A stretch of DNA of 64,000 nt, taken from NCBI GenBank assembly GCA_964057225.1, contig OZ059897.1, forward strand, positions 8,184,001 to 8,248,000, given 5' to 3'. The stretch is from Auanema rhodensis (lineage: Eukaryota > Animalia > Nematoda). Under the pieces are notes generated by a model, which did not search any database, had not been told where the DNA came from, and worked only from the letters and a program-made list of their open reading frames with translations. The first letter of the stretch is position 1, and the number at the start of each line of letters is the position of its first letter. Shown in pieces: positions 16,782 to 29,370 of the stretch. The translations under genes and the position numbers were made by a program.

Positions 16782-18899
16782 ATGGAAGCAACTAATACTG
16801 AAGAAGAAGGAGAAGAACCTAAGTTACTCAAATTCCATGATCATTCTTATTGTTCCTCAGAAGGAACATCATTTTCCACTCAATGTGATGGCCTTGTTAT
16901 AGAGGGTCTAGCTGAGTTTTCTGATTTGGAAAATGATTTACCTTTATCCGTTGATATTGATAAGGATTCGGTAGCAAACACAGGAACATGTGAAACGACG
17001 ACAGCAGAATCTAATGACATTGCGGGGGAACCGCATTGTTCTGGCAGTTCTTCTGAGAGTGAAATAGAAGATGAAGTAATAATATCCTCTAGTTCAGGAG
17101 TAGAATCAGGTACCTATAAAAAGTTTTTTCATACCGTTCACGTTTTTTAGATGATGACGATGATGATGATGACGACGATGACGATGATGAATTTTTGGAC
17201 AATATCTCAATCAAATCGAAAAGAGGAAAAAGGTTGCCTCAGAGAGGGTCAAAAGAATATAAAGAAAAACGAAATAGTGAAAATAAAGCAAGGCGATTAG
17301 CTGCTTACGGCAAGCATGTGTAAGAGTTCTCATAATTTGTTGATTTGTATCATTTATTAATTTCAGATGTTCTGTTTGTGGGTATAAAGCATCTTATCCT
17401 AATAAGTTGCGACAACATGCTCAAATCCACAAAAAAGGTATTTCAATATATTTCTTTTTGATGTTTCATTCACGAGTTCAGATCGTTTCTGTTGTACATA
17501 TTGTAATATTTTTTTTAATGAACATCACGAACTACGAAAACATGTAGGGGAAAAACATCCGAAAATTCATCACTGTTCTATGTGTGATTATTCTAATACG
17601 GTAATTCAATTTTCTTTAAAACTTAAATTCAAAAATGCTTTCAGAAACTTTTTTTTGTCAACCGACATTATCAAAGTCAGCATGTTCATGGAATTCCCTG
17701 TCCCATAGCAGGGTGTAAAGCTATTTTTTCCAAAAATTTTCTGAAGTTTGCCAAATTTTGCTAAACAAATTTATACTATTTATTTCAGATCTCATATTAA
17801 ATCAGCTCATAGTGAAACTCTGCCTGAAGAAAGAGTTTCTCTGAGAGCCAAGGTTGATGTGGATGTTAAATGTGATCAATGCAGTTTTTTGGCAAAAAGT
17901 CGGTTAGAAATGGATAAGCACGTGGAACGGTATTACAACTATTTATTCAACAAACTTATAAATTTCATTGTGTTGTTTTAAGAATCCATGTAGGAATAGC
18001 ATGTCCGATTCTAGGATGCTCAGCTTTAGTTAAAGCTCCTGATTTCGAAGCTCATATTGTACTTGCTCATCCAGAAAATGAAGTTTCAGATGATCTTAAT
18101 ATTACACCAGCGGAATTTTTCGGTTTGCTATATGCATGATGTTCCCGATTTATGATACCCATTTAGATCGTTCCGCTAATGGAAGTGAAGTTATGACGGA
18201 AGAAACCTCCCTCACTGGCTTGGATGATGGGTTTTCCACAGCTGGCACAATAGAGCATGATCCTACTTCTGAAATAAACGATCTAATTGAGCGTCATCAT
18301 GATGATTATGATGATGATGAAGATTATGGAGATGATGGTTCATTATCCAACGGTGACGGCGGTGTAACACGTATGGGTATTAGAAATTTTTATGGTATGG
18401 AAACGCTTTGAAATTAATTTAAAAAATATTTTTCATTTTCCAGGCGAATTTTTATGTGAATGTGGTAAAGGTTTTAAAACAAGATATTTATTAAACAAAC
18501 ATTACAAATCAGTAAGATCTGCATTTTATTTCATACAAATATTAAAATTAATTTTAGGTACATGCAAAAGTATATAAAATTGCTAAAAGAGTTTCGACTC
18601 ATAAGTGCACGTTTCCAAATTGTACAAAATTGTTTAGAACTGAAGCACTTTTAGAAGATCATTTAAATATGCACAATAGTAAGGACACTTTACAGTATTA
18701 GTTAGATCATGATCAAACTTTGTTTTCAGACGTAACTCCATTCAAATGTGTTAGTTGCAATTTATCATTTTTCGCTAGAGCACGACTTGCTGTTCATTTG
18801 AGGAAATACCATAAAATAAGTATCAAGAGTTATACAGAAATACAAAGAGATCTACCTCAAATGCGCTCTGAAGAAGTTGAAGAAGTTACTCTTAGTTAG
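16782..18899 (+). CDS. Multi-C2H2 zinc-finger protein with acidic N-terminus
   Basis: TTGTAG acceptor directly before ATG. Poly-Asp tract at ~17150-17190. Fingers include CSVCGY..HAQIH, CTYC..HVGEKH, CDQCSF..HVERIH, CPILGC, CECGKGF..HYKSVH, CTFPNC..HLNMH and CVSC..HLRKYH. Stop TAG 18897-18899. Confidence 0.9.
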
Positions 18900-19033
18900 T
18901 TATGTTTTAGGCCTTCTCTAATCTCACTTGTTATCGTTATCAGTACTTGTTGCGGCTTTATTTTTGTTGAAAGAGTTTTTTTCTTTAAGAAATCTTACGA
19001 ATGTTATAAACTTTTATTTCATTTTCCCATTGT

Positions 19034-20636
19034 TTATGATATAAGACCATTAACACACGAATCATAGGTAGGAATAACGTATTTGATGTTGATGAAAGCA
19101 TTAGGTCCTCCACTTCTCTCTAACTCTTGTAGACAATGATTGATTTTTGTCTCAAGTATATCATGCTCTTTCGTATTTGCTCTTCTTACTTGTCCTGTAA
19201 CTTATTTGCTTCAAGTAGGCAAATTTATATTTAAAAACGTACGTAGAGGTGGTAAAAGCTGACGATAAAACGGGACTAGTAAAGGACCACAATCTTGGAT
19301 TCTTGTAACTTTAGTAAGTAAGTTAAGAGCAAATTTCTTTTTGTTTGTATCAAATGAATAGAGACTAGCGCGTATTCCTCTAACCTAAAGATTATCAGTG
19401 TTTTTCATCCTCTCTCGAAGCCTAAGCTTACAAGTTGTGGTAAAGCTTGAGAAATCTGACTTCCATCTGTGGTTGCATCCAGTAGATCATGAATCGCCCA
19501 TTCGGCTATGTTTCGATAAGGCTGAAGCAAGCTGTTTAACATTCTCTACAAAATATCATTCGTTACTTGGTCAATAATAGATAATCCAGCAGAAAATTTA
19601 GCTACAAGATAACATATTGATTCAGGCTTCATCAAACTTGGATGCTTCACCCATCGAAGTAAACGAGGCTGGCCACCAGAAGGTACATTATGATCTATAG
19701 CCACAGGAAGATCTCCTCGGCTATACATCAAGCGAAATCGTGATGTTTCATCGTGCTTCAACAAATTAAAATAGTTTTTCATCGTTCTAATCTTTCACTA
19801 GATAAAGACATAATCTCAGAAAGGTTTCTATTACGACTAGATACGTATAAGATTATACAAAGGAGATTTGATTATTCATTCATATACTGAGGAAATGAGA
19901 AAAAAACTTTGAGCAATTTACCATAGGATCCACTGATCTAGATCGTCGTCCAATCTCCGGAGGCTCGACCACTTTCGTATTGTTTTGACGAGACTGAACA
20001 GTAAAAGCAGGGACCTACACCAAACCGAAGATTAAGAATGGTTTTGACTCTAGCTAACCCGTCGAATTTCAGATTTCTGGGATGCAGGAGGAACTTTAAC
20101 AGCTCGAATGTTCTCCTTCATAATGTTTCTAGGACCATTATAGAAATTCTTTCTAGACCATCCAACGTCGTCAATAAGAAATTGATAAGGTTTTCTGAAA
20201 AAAAAACTTTTGTTCAAAGAAGAAGAATTTAAGTCAAAGTTTTAAACATAAAATCTAAAATGTTTAGATAAGAAGCTTCTGAGATTATAAATTATTCAAT
20301 TAGATATGTATGTATATGCTATTCGGAAGATACATATGTATATATACATAGAAATCAGATAATCAGATGAAAAAATTATATTTTTGATAGTTTTTTTGGA
20401 AAAATATTATATTTCCGGTGAGATATTAACATTAAAAAACCAAAAATATATATTTTTATAAAGTCTTTAACGATTATTTAACTATTATATTTGAAAAAAA
20501 ATAAAACTATTCGAATAGAAATTCAAAGAGAAGAATATTCTGATAAAATTTATGAGAAAGGAAAAGCGAGAACATACCTGAATTCAATGATGGGGATTGA
20601 GGCTTCCGATCGACAAGGACGAGGAATGCGAGCCAT
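19034..20636 (-). CDS. pcrg-1: PACRG (parkin co-regulated gene) ciliary protein
   Basis: [64 protein letters not shown] and [26 protein letters not shown] are PACRG signatures. The ATG at 20636 is the less certain end. Confidence 0.9.
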
Positions 20637-21217
20637 TTTGTTAATTCGGATAAGATATGATGAAAAGGCGGATGAAGGGATTAGGTTATTGAGATGTTTA
20701 TATTATTATCTAATAATTTTATAATAAAAAATGTTTATTTTAAAACTATATAGATATAGATATGTTAAAATCTCATTTATTTACTGTGACATATACGCTC
20801 GAAAGCCTTAAATATCCAACTTAATGTTCATATGTTGTTCGATGTAATGAAGCATGTCGTAAACGTCTCCACCTCTAGGTAGGGTATATTAATGAGTTTT
20901 GACTTCTCAGAAATTCATATATAACTTTGAGAAATTTTCTTTTTCTTCTGAATTTTTGAAGAACAAGTTGTGTTTGTATCAAGTTTTTAAATTATTTTTC
21001 AACTTTGAAAATGCTTTAAGTTATAAAATAAATTTATTAAAATATTGATCACAATGAGATGGCGGTACAAAGAGAACTATAAAGATATGAAAAGACGGTG
21101 AAGAAAAAAAAGATTTTGTTTGTTTATTGGTTTGTTTATGTCACATATAATAGTATAATAAAAATATAAAATATAAATAATCAATATCTACTATGATAAA
21201 TTTCTCTGTGATGAAAG

Positions 21218-23097
21218 TTACTCCTCGTCGCTATCTAGATAAATACTCCAATAAGCGAAATTAAAGAGAATAAAGCAAATCGGAAAGATTATTCTGAAAA
21301 TAATGAATGTATTGCTTGAATTTTTTCCCTTTTACAAGTATTTCTGGCTCACCTTGCAATGATATCTATTCGTTCTGCACGTCCTCGAGAGGATAATACA
21401 CTGCACCATCTAACCAATTCTACCCGTTTCCTCTGGCCAATATAGACCAAATCTGTTGTGTCCTGAAGACGATAAAACGATTTTGTTTGTCTAATTGCAT
21501 CACGGATGGGCTTTGAGCAGCTTGTATCATTGTGAACTTACTTGAAAAGTCCAGCCTTCTTCAACCATGCCAGCATTACGTGGAGGCCCTAGATCGGCCA
21601 TTTCCACTTGATTAGTCCCTCCATAACTCTGTTCTCGTAATTCGAATGATTTCTTACGTTTCCGTCGAAGCAAATGCTGGAAAAACATGAAAATCTAATA
21701 TGCTTCTAATGAATGTGCAATTAACCTTCTTTTCCTGGGGGCTGAAACCTCCCATAGAGGTTGGTGAAGTCATAGCTTCTACAGATTGCATATAAGTATC
21801 TGTATCCATGACATTTGAAAGTCGACTTCGATTACAAGCCGCTTTTCTCATTTGTCTGAAAAAATCCACGAAAAATCACAAACGTTTATCAGTTATCTGA
21901 TTCAAACCTGTGTTCGTCCATGATACCCATATAATTGACTACAGCATACTCAATCAAAGAGAAAAAAATGAAAACTGCAAGAGAAAAATTAATATTTGAT
22001 CAAAAACAAATGGAAAATTTTCAAATTTTCGAAGAAGTAACGTACCGACACATGCTCCAACCCAAATATCTATAGATTTAGCATAAGATACTGGAGGTAG
22101 ATTAGAGTTTACAGCTGAAATCATCAATATAATATTAATGAAATATATTTTATTTAAAATATTAATTGTTGTTTTTTGTGCTGACTGAATTGTCTGTTTA
22201 ATCAAAAATACAGGAATGAAGTCAAATTTTGAAGATTCTTATTGAAAGATATTAATCAAACATTCGATTAAGTTTTAAGGTTTCAATCATCATGACCGAA
22301 CGAGGATTTTTCTTTTGATATTTGATCTACTTACCATGGGAGGTAGATATCATTGTGAGCAATGTAATAATAGCTAATGGAACTCTAGCTGCTGTACTTT
22401 TCCAATCAATCCAATATGAAATCCAAGCTACTCCAACAAGCATAGATGAAGGAATGTAAAGCTGGAGAAGAAAGAACGAAAAAACTCGACGTAATTTCAG
22501 TTCAACTCTCAGACACGAATATTCACCTGAAGATAAAATTATATTTTATATATAGCTAAAAGCTCACACCTGTATTAGTTTTCGAATGGCATGTACCATT
22601 TACGAACTTAGCAATTTCAAAATTTGGTAAAGCTCCATTAGCTCCTGGATGAAACTTGATGGAATTCTTATCCCATTCATATTTGATATCATCAGTAGTA
22701 TATGCATCTATAATGTGATTAAGTTAGGTAAGTTGATAAGGTTAGAAGCTTACACGAAGCAAAAGCTATTTCACAGTTCTGAGTATCCATGGGATATTTG
22801 GAAAGATGCATAGAGCAAGCCAAATGGAGTGTTAACCTGAAGACAAAAGAATAAATTTTTAAGTTTTAATGAACAAATCGAACATATTTCAGATTTCAGA
22901 TTTCAATTTTCAAATATTCATCCTTATAATCAAAAGCAAAGCCGAAAACTTCACCTGTTATCGTTATTTCTGTTTTATTCATTTGAGTAAAATCTTAGCA
23001 TCCCTTCTAAATCTATCTCTATCCATCTTTGCAGTTTCATCAAATCATCAGAAACTCTCGTATTCCGAAGAGCATATGATGAAAAGTCTGTTGCAAC

Positions 23098-23151
<54 letters not shown>

Positions 23152-24685
23152 TCTCCGTCGTTCATTCTCTTTCCACTTCTCTATAATTGGATCTACATGG
23201 CGAACAGAGGAGTTTTAAGCTACACCATAGACTTATGCATGTATGTATGTATGCCTTCCGAAAAAAAAAGATTGACAAGATTCCGAAAGACATTTAATAG
23301 AGAGGTTGCTTGTTAACTTTATAAATTTGCTTTCCTGCCTTACTGCACACTCCCTCTTCTACATTTTCACTCTGTCTCTATGGGCTCTCTCTCAATATGA
23401 ATTCTCCTATCCAAAACGAAATCCGGTGAATCAGCAGGTTCTGAATTCATTCTTTCATCAACAACGATACAATATGAATAGATGGATTCAGAGCCCGACA
23501 AAATCTAATCGTCGCCATTTTGCACAGCCCTTTAATTAACTTGTCGATGAAGAACTTCTTTTTCAAAATTTTCTTTGTCTTTTATTCACCCAATTTCCTT
23601 TCCTATACTATCAAAACGATTTTTTTAGCCACACGTGAGTTTCCACGTGAATACGATTAAATATGCAAAACGTCATTTCGTTATAAATTTTTGAATAGAG
23701 CGGTTGCGTCAGAGCAGTATCTTCAACCAACAATAAACACAAAAAAAAACTTTAAAATAATAAAAAAAGATAAATAAATTGAAAAAAATTACCTTCTATC
23801 GTAAATAAGTTTTCCATCAGAGCGTATCTTCAAGAACTTATTTTCCTGTAAAATAAAAACAATTTGACTCAATGAATCGGTAAGCAAGCTGCAAACCTGA
23901 TCCAACATGTGGTACCATCCTTTCCGCTCATTTTGAAAAAATGTATCCGGAATCCATAAACGCTGATCTCTAGCTACATGAATAAACTCAAAGTTTCGAA
24001 AATCTCGTGATGTATGACTCTGAATTACAATATTATATTGAAATGAATTCAATTTAAGTAATGTACTTACATCTAAGTGATGTTCGATAAAACGCAGACG
24101 ATCGTCGTACCATTCTTGCCTGAAGCGAAATTGAGCAACAAACTCCTGAAAGGAATATTACTTCATTTCTTGCCAAGTCTACTTAGTTCAATTTATTGAA
24201 TCATTCGCAAATTTATTATACTATTACATTGTATATCCGGTATTTTTAGATTTATCTTAATGCATTTTTAAAAATCTAATCATTGACTAAATTTACTAGG
24301 CTTTTAAGCCCATATATTACTGAACCGGAACATAAACTCAAAAAAAACTTAATTTGAATCTGTAATCTAATAGAGGCTTTTAGATTAAACATCGTTTAAT
24401 ATAAGTAAAACTAACCATGTTCTTCTCCGAAACTGCTGATATGGAACGAATGTCCAAGCTAGTTGTGACTGTTACTGGTCCTCCTGAAACACAAAGACTT
24501 TATGATTTAAGCAGATAAAGTAGTTTAAGCATTAGCTAAGAGCCAAAAACTCACGTTCAGAACTAGCCGGTGTTCGACCTGACGGTCGTACAGCCGGATC
24601 GTATTCTGCCAATAGGTCGCAGACTGTCATCTGCTCCCTCCATGCTTGATAATTGGTTGTACGCCTATTGAAAGCAGTACGTTTG
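21218..24685 (-). CDS. lgc-34: Cys-loop ligand-gated anion channel subunit, GluCl-related (lgc-34-like); signal-peptide exon(s) upstream not resolved
   Basis: [24 protein letters not shown], Cys-loop [15 protein letters not shown], second loop [14 protein letters not shown]1 [12 protein letters not shown]2 [17 protein letters not shown]3 [17 protein letters not shown] and M4 [16 protein letters not shown]. Stop 21218-21220. The family call is firm; the symbol is tentative. Confidence 0.85.
23100..23149 (+). repeat. (CT)~25 perfect microsatellite in a channel-gene intron
   Basis: Directly visible. Confidence 0.95.
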
Positions 24686-26659
24686 CTGAAAGAAGTTTAT
24701 TCATAATTGAATTTTTGCAAAATTTTATCAAATTTCAAATATTCTATTCATATCTTCGATAAAGCTTTTATGAAATAAGATTTTCATTTGATTGAGAAGC
24801 TTGTCTGTATGACGTCGTCGGCTATTCAGACTTCAATTGTCTGACTATGCTGAAGACTCTTTATGAATTCATGAATTATCTCTTCACATTCTGCTCCTAA
24901 TTCTCGTTTGTTTCCATAATTCTTCAGATAAAACTGATTTGGTTTCCTTTCTCTGAAAGCTAGCATCATAAACCCCCCTCTCTCCTTCATTCTCTGCATG
25001 TGATGACACATATGTATATTCATTGAATATTAATTTAAACAATTTTTCCTTTACATTCTTTGTGGTAAAGTAAACATCTGTTATTATTTTCTTTTCTTCG
25101 TTTTCTTTCATTCGTTATATGATGAAATAATATCAGAAAAGATAAAGCCTCATAGAATAGACAATTCTCAAAAGGTTTTTGAAGAGAAACGAAATGAAAA
25201 TACATAATCATTGAGCAAAAATCTTTAAGCATTTTTATATACCAAATTGAAACATTGATACACAATGATTTCTATACTTTCAATTATTCCCACAGCTTTG
25301 CTGTTTTTTTCTTTCTCTTTCATATAGGAAGGAAATAAAATATTTGAATAAAAAAATTGGGAAGAATGAATAGAAGCTTGAGTTTGAGTTTCAGAATTTT
25401 AGATTTGAAGAATTTGAAGAATATAATTTCAAACTAAAACTTTTTGGTCAAATGGTTTCAAAAGTTATAAAGATTTGAACAAGTAAATACATTTGAATGG
25501 ATGAATTTAAACAAATTGCTTTTGAAAAAAAGTGTGAAAATCTTATTGGATAGAGTTCATATGATGTACTTTTTGAGTTATCACTAATTCAAAGAATATA
25601 TTAAATAACTTTCTTATTATATTATCTTATTTTCAATGCTTCTCTCGAAATCTTTTCATGCAACTGAGAGCAAAAAAAAAATTTCATTCGTCGTGTCCGG
25701 CTTCCAATTTTTTTTACTTCAAGCTATTTGCATATAAGGCGGCATTTTTAAGAACAAGCGTACCCATGACGAACTGAAAAGATCCCAGCTAGGCGAACGA
25801 TTGAATTTTAAAGTCTCAAAGTTGAATATACTGAGAGAAAGGACTTGTCCTCATCTACTTGTCCTCATCGTCAGATTCCGGATCGAGTTTCAGCGCACAT
25901 ATGATGATGAGATCTGAACACGATGGAAGAAGAAGTAATAGCTGATGACGAAATGAAGCTTGAGATGAGTCGACGAGGTAACACCTGCTGGCGAGTTAGA
26001 AAACCTTCTGGTCGATAAGGTTGAAAGATGAAGATAAACGAAAGAGCTAACAGACACGAAATGATGAATCATTGAGTCTCGAAATAATATTCAGCAAGAA
26101 ATGAATAATTAATAGCACAATTGCTATTTTTCTGAATGTTTTCAAAGGATTTAACAGATATGAAGAGAGTGATAGAGGTAGATAAACAGAAGTAAGAGAG
26201 GGAGAAAGGCTTTTGGTCAAAGATATAATATGATACTTGAAATTAGGGATAAGATGTTCTCATCAGTTATTCTTTTGTTACACCAATATTCTAACGATAT
26301 TCAGTTTCATGATTTATGATTTTTTAGAAGATTTCAATGTTACTATTCTACTGTATTATCTATTCAATTTTTTAAACAAAAACATGTGAGAATACTAATA
26401 AGTTTGTCTGCTTCTTCTTCTTCTTCGTCTTTTCCTCCTTTTTTTGGTAGGAAATGTTAAGTTTTGAAATAATGCTTTAAAGGTTAGTCAGCTGTTACAA
26501 GAGAGTATAAGTGAGCCTCTTGAGGGGTAAAATTTTCTTAAAGCAAGCAGAAAAACCTAAAATAACGATAAAAGATGAGAGACAAAGCAGGCCGCTGATG
26601 AATTTTTGAAGGCATTTGAAAGACGAACAAGGAGAAAATGAGTTAAAGAGACACACAAA

Positions 26660-26668
26660 GAGAGAGAA

Positions 26669-26705
<37 letters not shown>

Positions 26706-26728
26706 AAGAGAGAGAAAGAGAGAGAGAG
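26660..26728 (+). repeat. (GA)n imperfect microsatellite
   Basis: Directly visible; similar tracts at ~29341-29367, ~29961-29980 and ~32322-32378. Confidence 0.9.
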
Positions 26729-28267
26729 TGAGAGTTTTTAGAAAAAATGCTTGTATGTGCTATGCTGACTAGTCCTCCTACACACAGACACTTTTGTAAG
26801 AATTTATACTTCTATCGGTTCGAAGATTGCTAACTCAATGTAAAATTCATGATAAGTAGATGGGGGAGGCAAAGACCGTGCATACATTCCATTTGAACGG
26901 ACGCATGGATGGACGGGCAGAAGAAATCTGACAACTACATGATTACATCATGAAATATATTTTAGAAACAATCATTCAGCGTTATCAAAGATGAATAGAA
27001 TAGTTAAAACAAATAGAATAAGTTAAACTAACCAAGATTTGTTTTTCGCTCTTTTACATTCAGACGGTTGAATTATGAGAAGGAAAAGTAGGAAACAAAA
27101 CGAAGCATATAGAAAATAATTATTCATTATTTCCTTCTTTCCAACGCATTCTAGATGAGACGTATCCTGTTCTACCGTACCATGACTTTCTCTAATCTAT
27201 CGTCGTTTTTTCTCCTACAGATTGAGAAAAAAGTGAAAATCAAGGAGAGCTCGCTTAGCTATCTGCAAGAAAAGTAATTATATTGTTGAGAGAAATGCTT
27301 AACAAATGAAAATATTCTATAATTATGTGATGACGATAAACATAATGTGACTAGAACATCAATTTAAAAGTTCAAAACAATTTAATGAGGCTGGGCATGA
27401 TTGGATAGAAGAAGTAGAGAACGGAGGAATGGAACGATGAAGGGGGGAAGCGATTGACACTGGGGCAGCTGTACTAGGTAAAGTACGTTTTTCCAATACT
27501 TCTTAGAGACAGAGAGACTAATCACGACTCAATCAATGACAAATTAGGAGAGAAAGTGAAGAAAGCATTCATGAAAACATTAAATTGTATTAACTATATT
27601 AAACAATGAGATAATTGGTTGATGTAATGTAGTATCTGATGTATATGGTAGTAGTAGAAGCAACAAAATCTTCAAAATTGAGTTAGAGAGAAAGGTACAA
27701 AGAGAAAAAGAAGGATTGAGAGATGAAGAAGAAAGAAAATAGGATAAAGAAGAAAAAGAGAGAGAGAGCGATGAAGAGAAGGGGAGGTAGTTAGGAAGGG
27801 AGGGAGGGAGTTAGAGGGGGGGATCTTCGAAGAGAAGGGGGGTTGGAAGACGGAGAGGGTGAACTGAAGATGATATGGAATGAAATTCAATGAGTGACAT
27901 TTTGAAGGAAAATGAAGCGAAAGCAAAGAAAAAGAGAAAACGGAAATGAGAAGATGGTGTGTGATGTGATGTGTATGTCAGAAGACACGAAAATCGACAG
28001 AAGACACCAACACTAATTCCTTTTCTATTTTTAAAAACAACAGTTTAATCACATAAGTGTGAGCTTCAATTGAGTCATGCAGATCTATAGAACAACACAG
28101 CATGATCGGCTCAACAAAAAAAAGCTGGCCACTCCTCTATTATATCAAAGGCTGAGAACTCAACATACTATAATATTCTTATATCCTATTTTTGTTAACT
28201 TTGACATCGGAAAAATGAAAAGACGAAGATACAACAGAGAGAAAGAATTATTAAAGCTGATGATGTA

Positions 28268-28299
<32 letters not shown>
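28268..28299 (+). repeat. (GAT)10 trinucleotide microsatellite
   Basis: Directly visible. Confidence 0.9.
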
Positions 28300-29336
28300 G
28301 TAAAGAAAATAAAAGCACTGACTGGTAGGAGTAAGAGCTCCAGCTGCAGCTTTGTTGTTCAGATTATCAAGACACATGAATATGAATCTATTTGTTTCAA
28401 TATTGAGAGAGAGTAAGAGAAAAAGAGACAAAAAGATAGAGAGGGAGAGGATATAAGATAGGACAAAGGGAGATTTGAATAGAAATAGTATGATTACATC
28501 AGAGAATTGAGAGAGAGAGAGAAAGAGAAGAATCACAGATTCTCTAAGGTAGAACAACCGTTCTTCATTCTTTAGCATCTAATGAACGGCAATTACGTAA
28601 CCCACGTGGCTGTCGTACGTGAATATTTTAAAATGTTTAGAGTTGTTATGCTAATAACACACGGCAGATACTCCTGATGTTTGAGTAAAAAATCGGTTAG
28701 AACATCAAAGAGAAAGAATTATATTTTTTGTTTTTTAAAATTATTGTCCGATTTTTCATGGATGTATTAAATTTTTTGTGAAAAAAATTGAAAAAAAAAA
28801 GATGAAAACTAGCATAATTGAGAAGAAATAACAACAAAATGTGAATTTAAGTTTTTATACGATTATCGAAGCTGCTATCAGTATTCTACGTCATAGTGTG
28901 ATGTATAAGCTGTGCCAAAGCCTACAATATCTTTGGCGGTTCAAATAATAAATTTGTTAATTTAAAAGAGTTTTTGTTCTCTTTTTACTCTTTAGAGGGT
29001 AGATGAAGAAGAAAGTAATGGAGATGTCTAAAGATTGGCAGAATATAGAAAAAGAAAAGAAGAAAAAATTTTTTTTTTGAAAAATAACCTTGCAAGGGAA
29101 TGAAAAATAAGCTGAAACGAGTGAGTAGAGATTCTGAAGAGATGAATGGACCATTAGCGAAAGCTGTTATTTTTTTCTCTCAAAATTTTTTAATTCACTA
29201 TAAAACTTCTTTGATTGAATATTAAACGTTATTGCCATTCTAGGTATAAAGCATTTTGCATATAAATTGATGAAATGAATTGAAGGGTTGGGGGAGCATG
29301 ACTAAGCGAGAGACTTGAACGAAGAGATATTTGATT

Positions 29337-29370
<34 letters not shown>

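Noticed and set aside
20637-21200. DAF-19 X-box expected upstream of the ciliary PACRG gene
   Set aside because: No convincing GTYNCY-AT-RGNAAC match found by eye; the partial match at 13121-13133 lies next to a non-ciliary gene.
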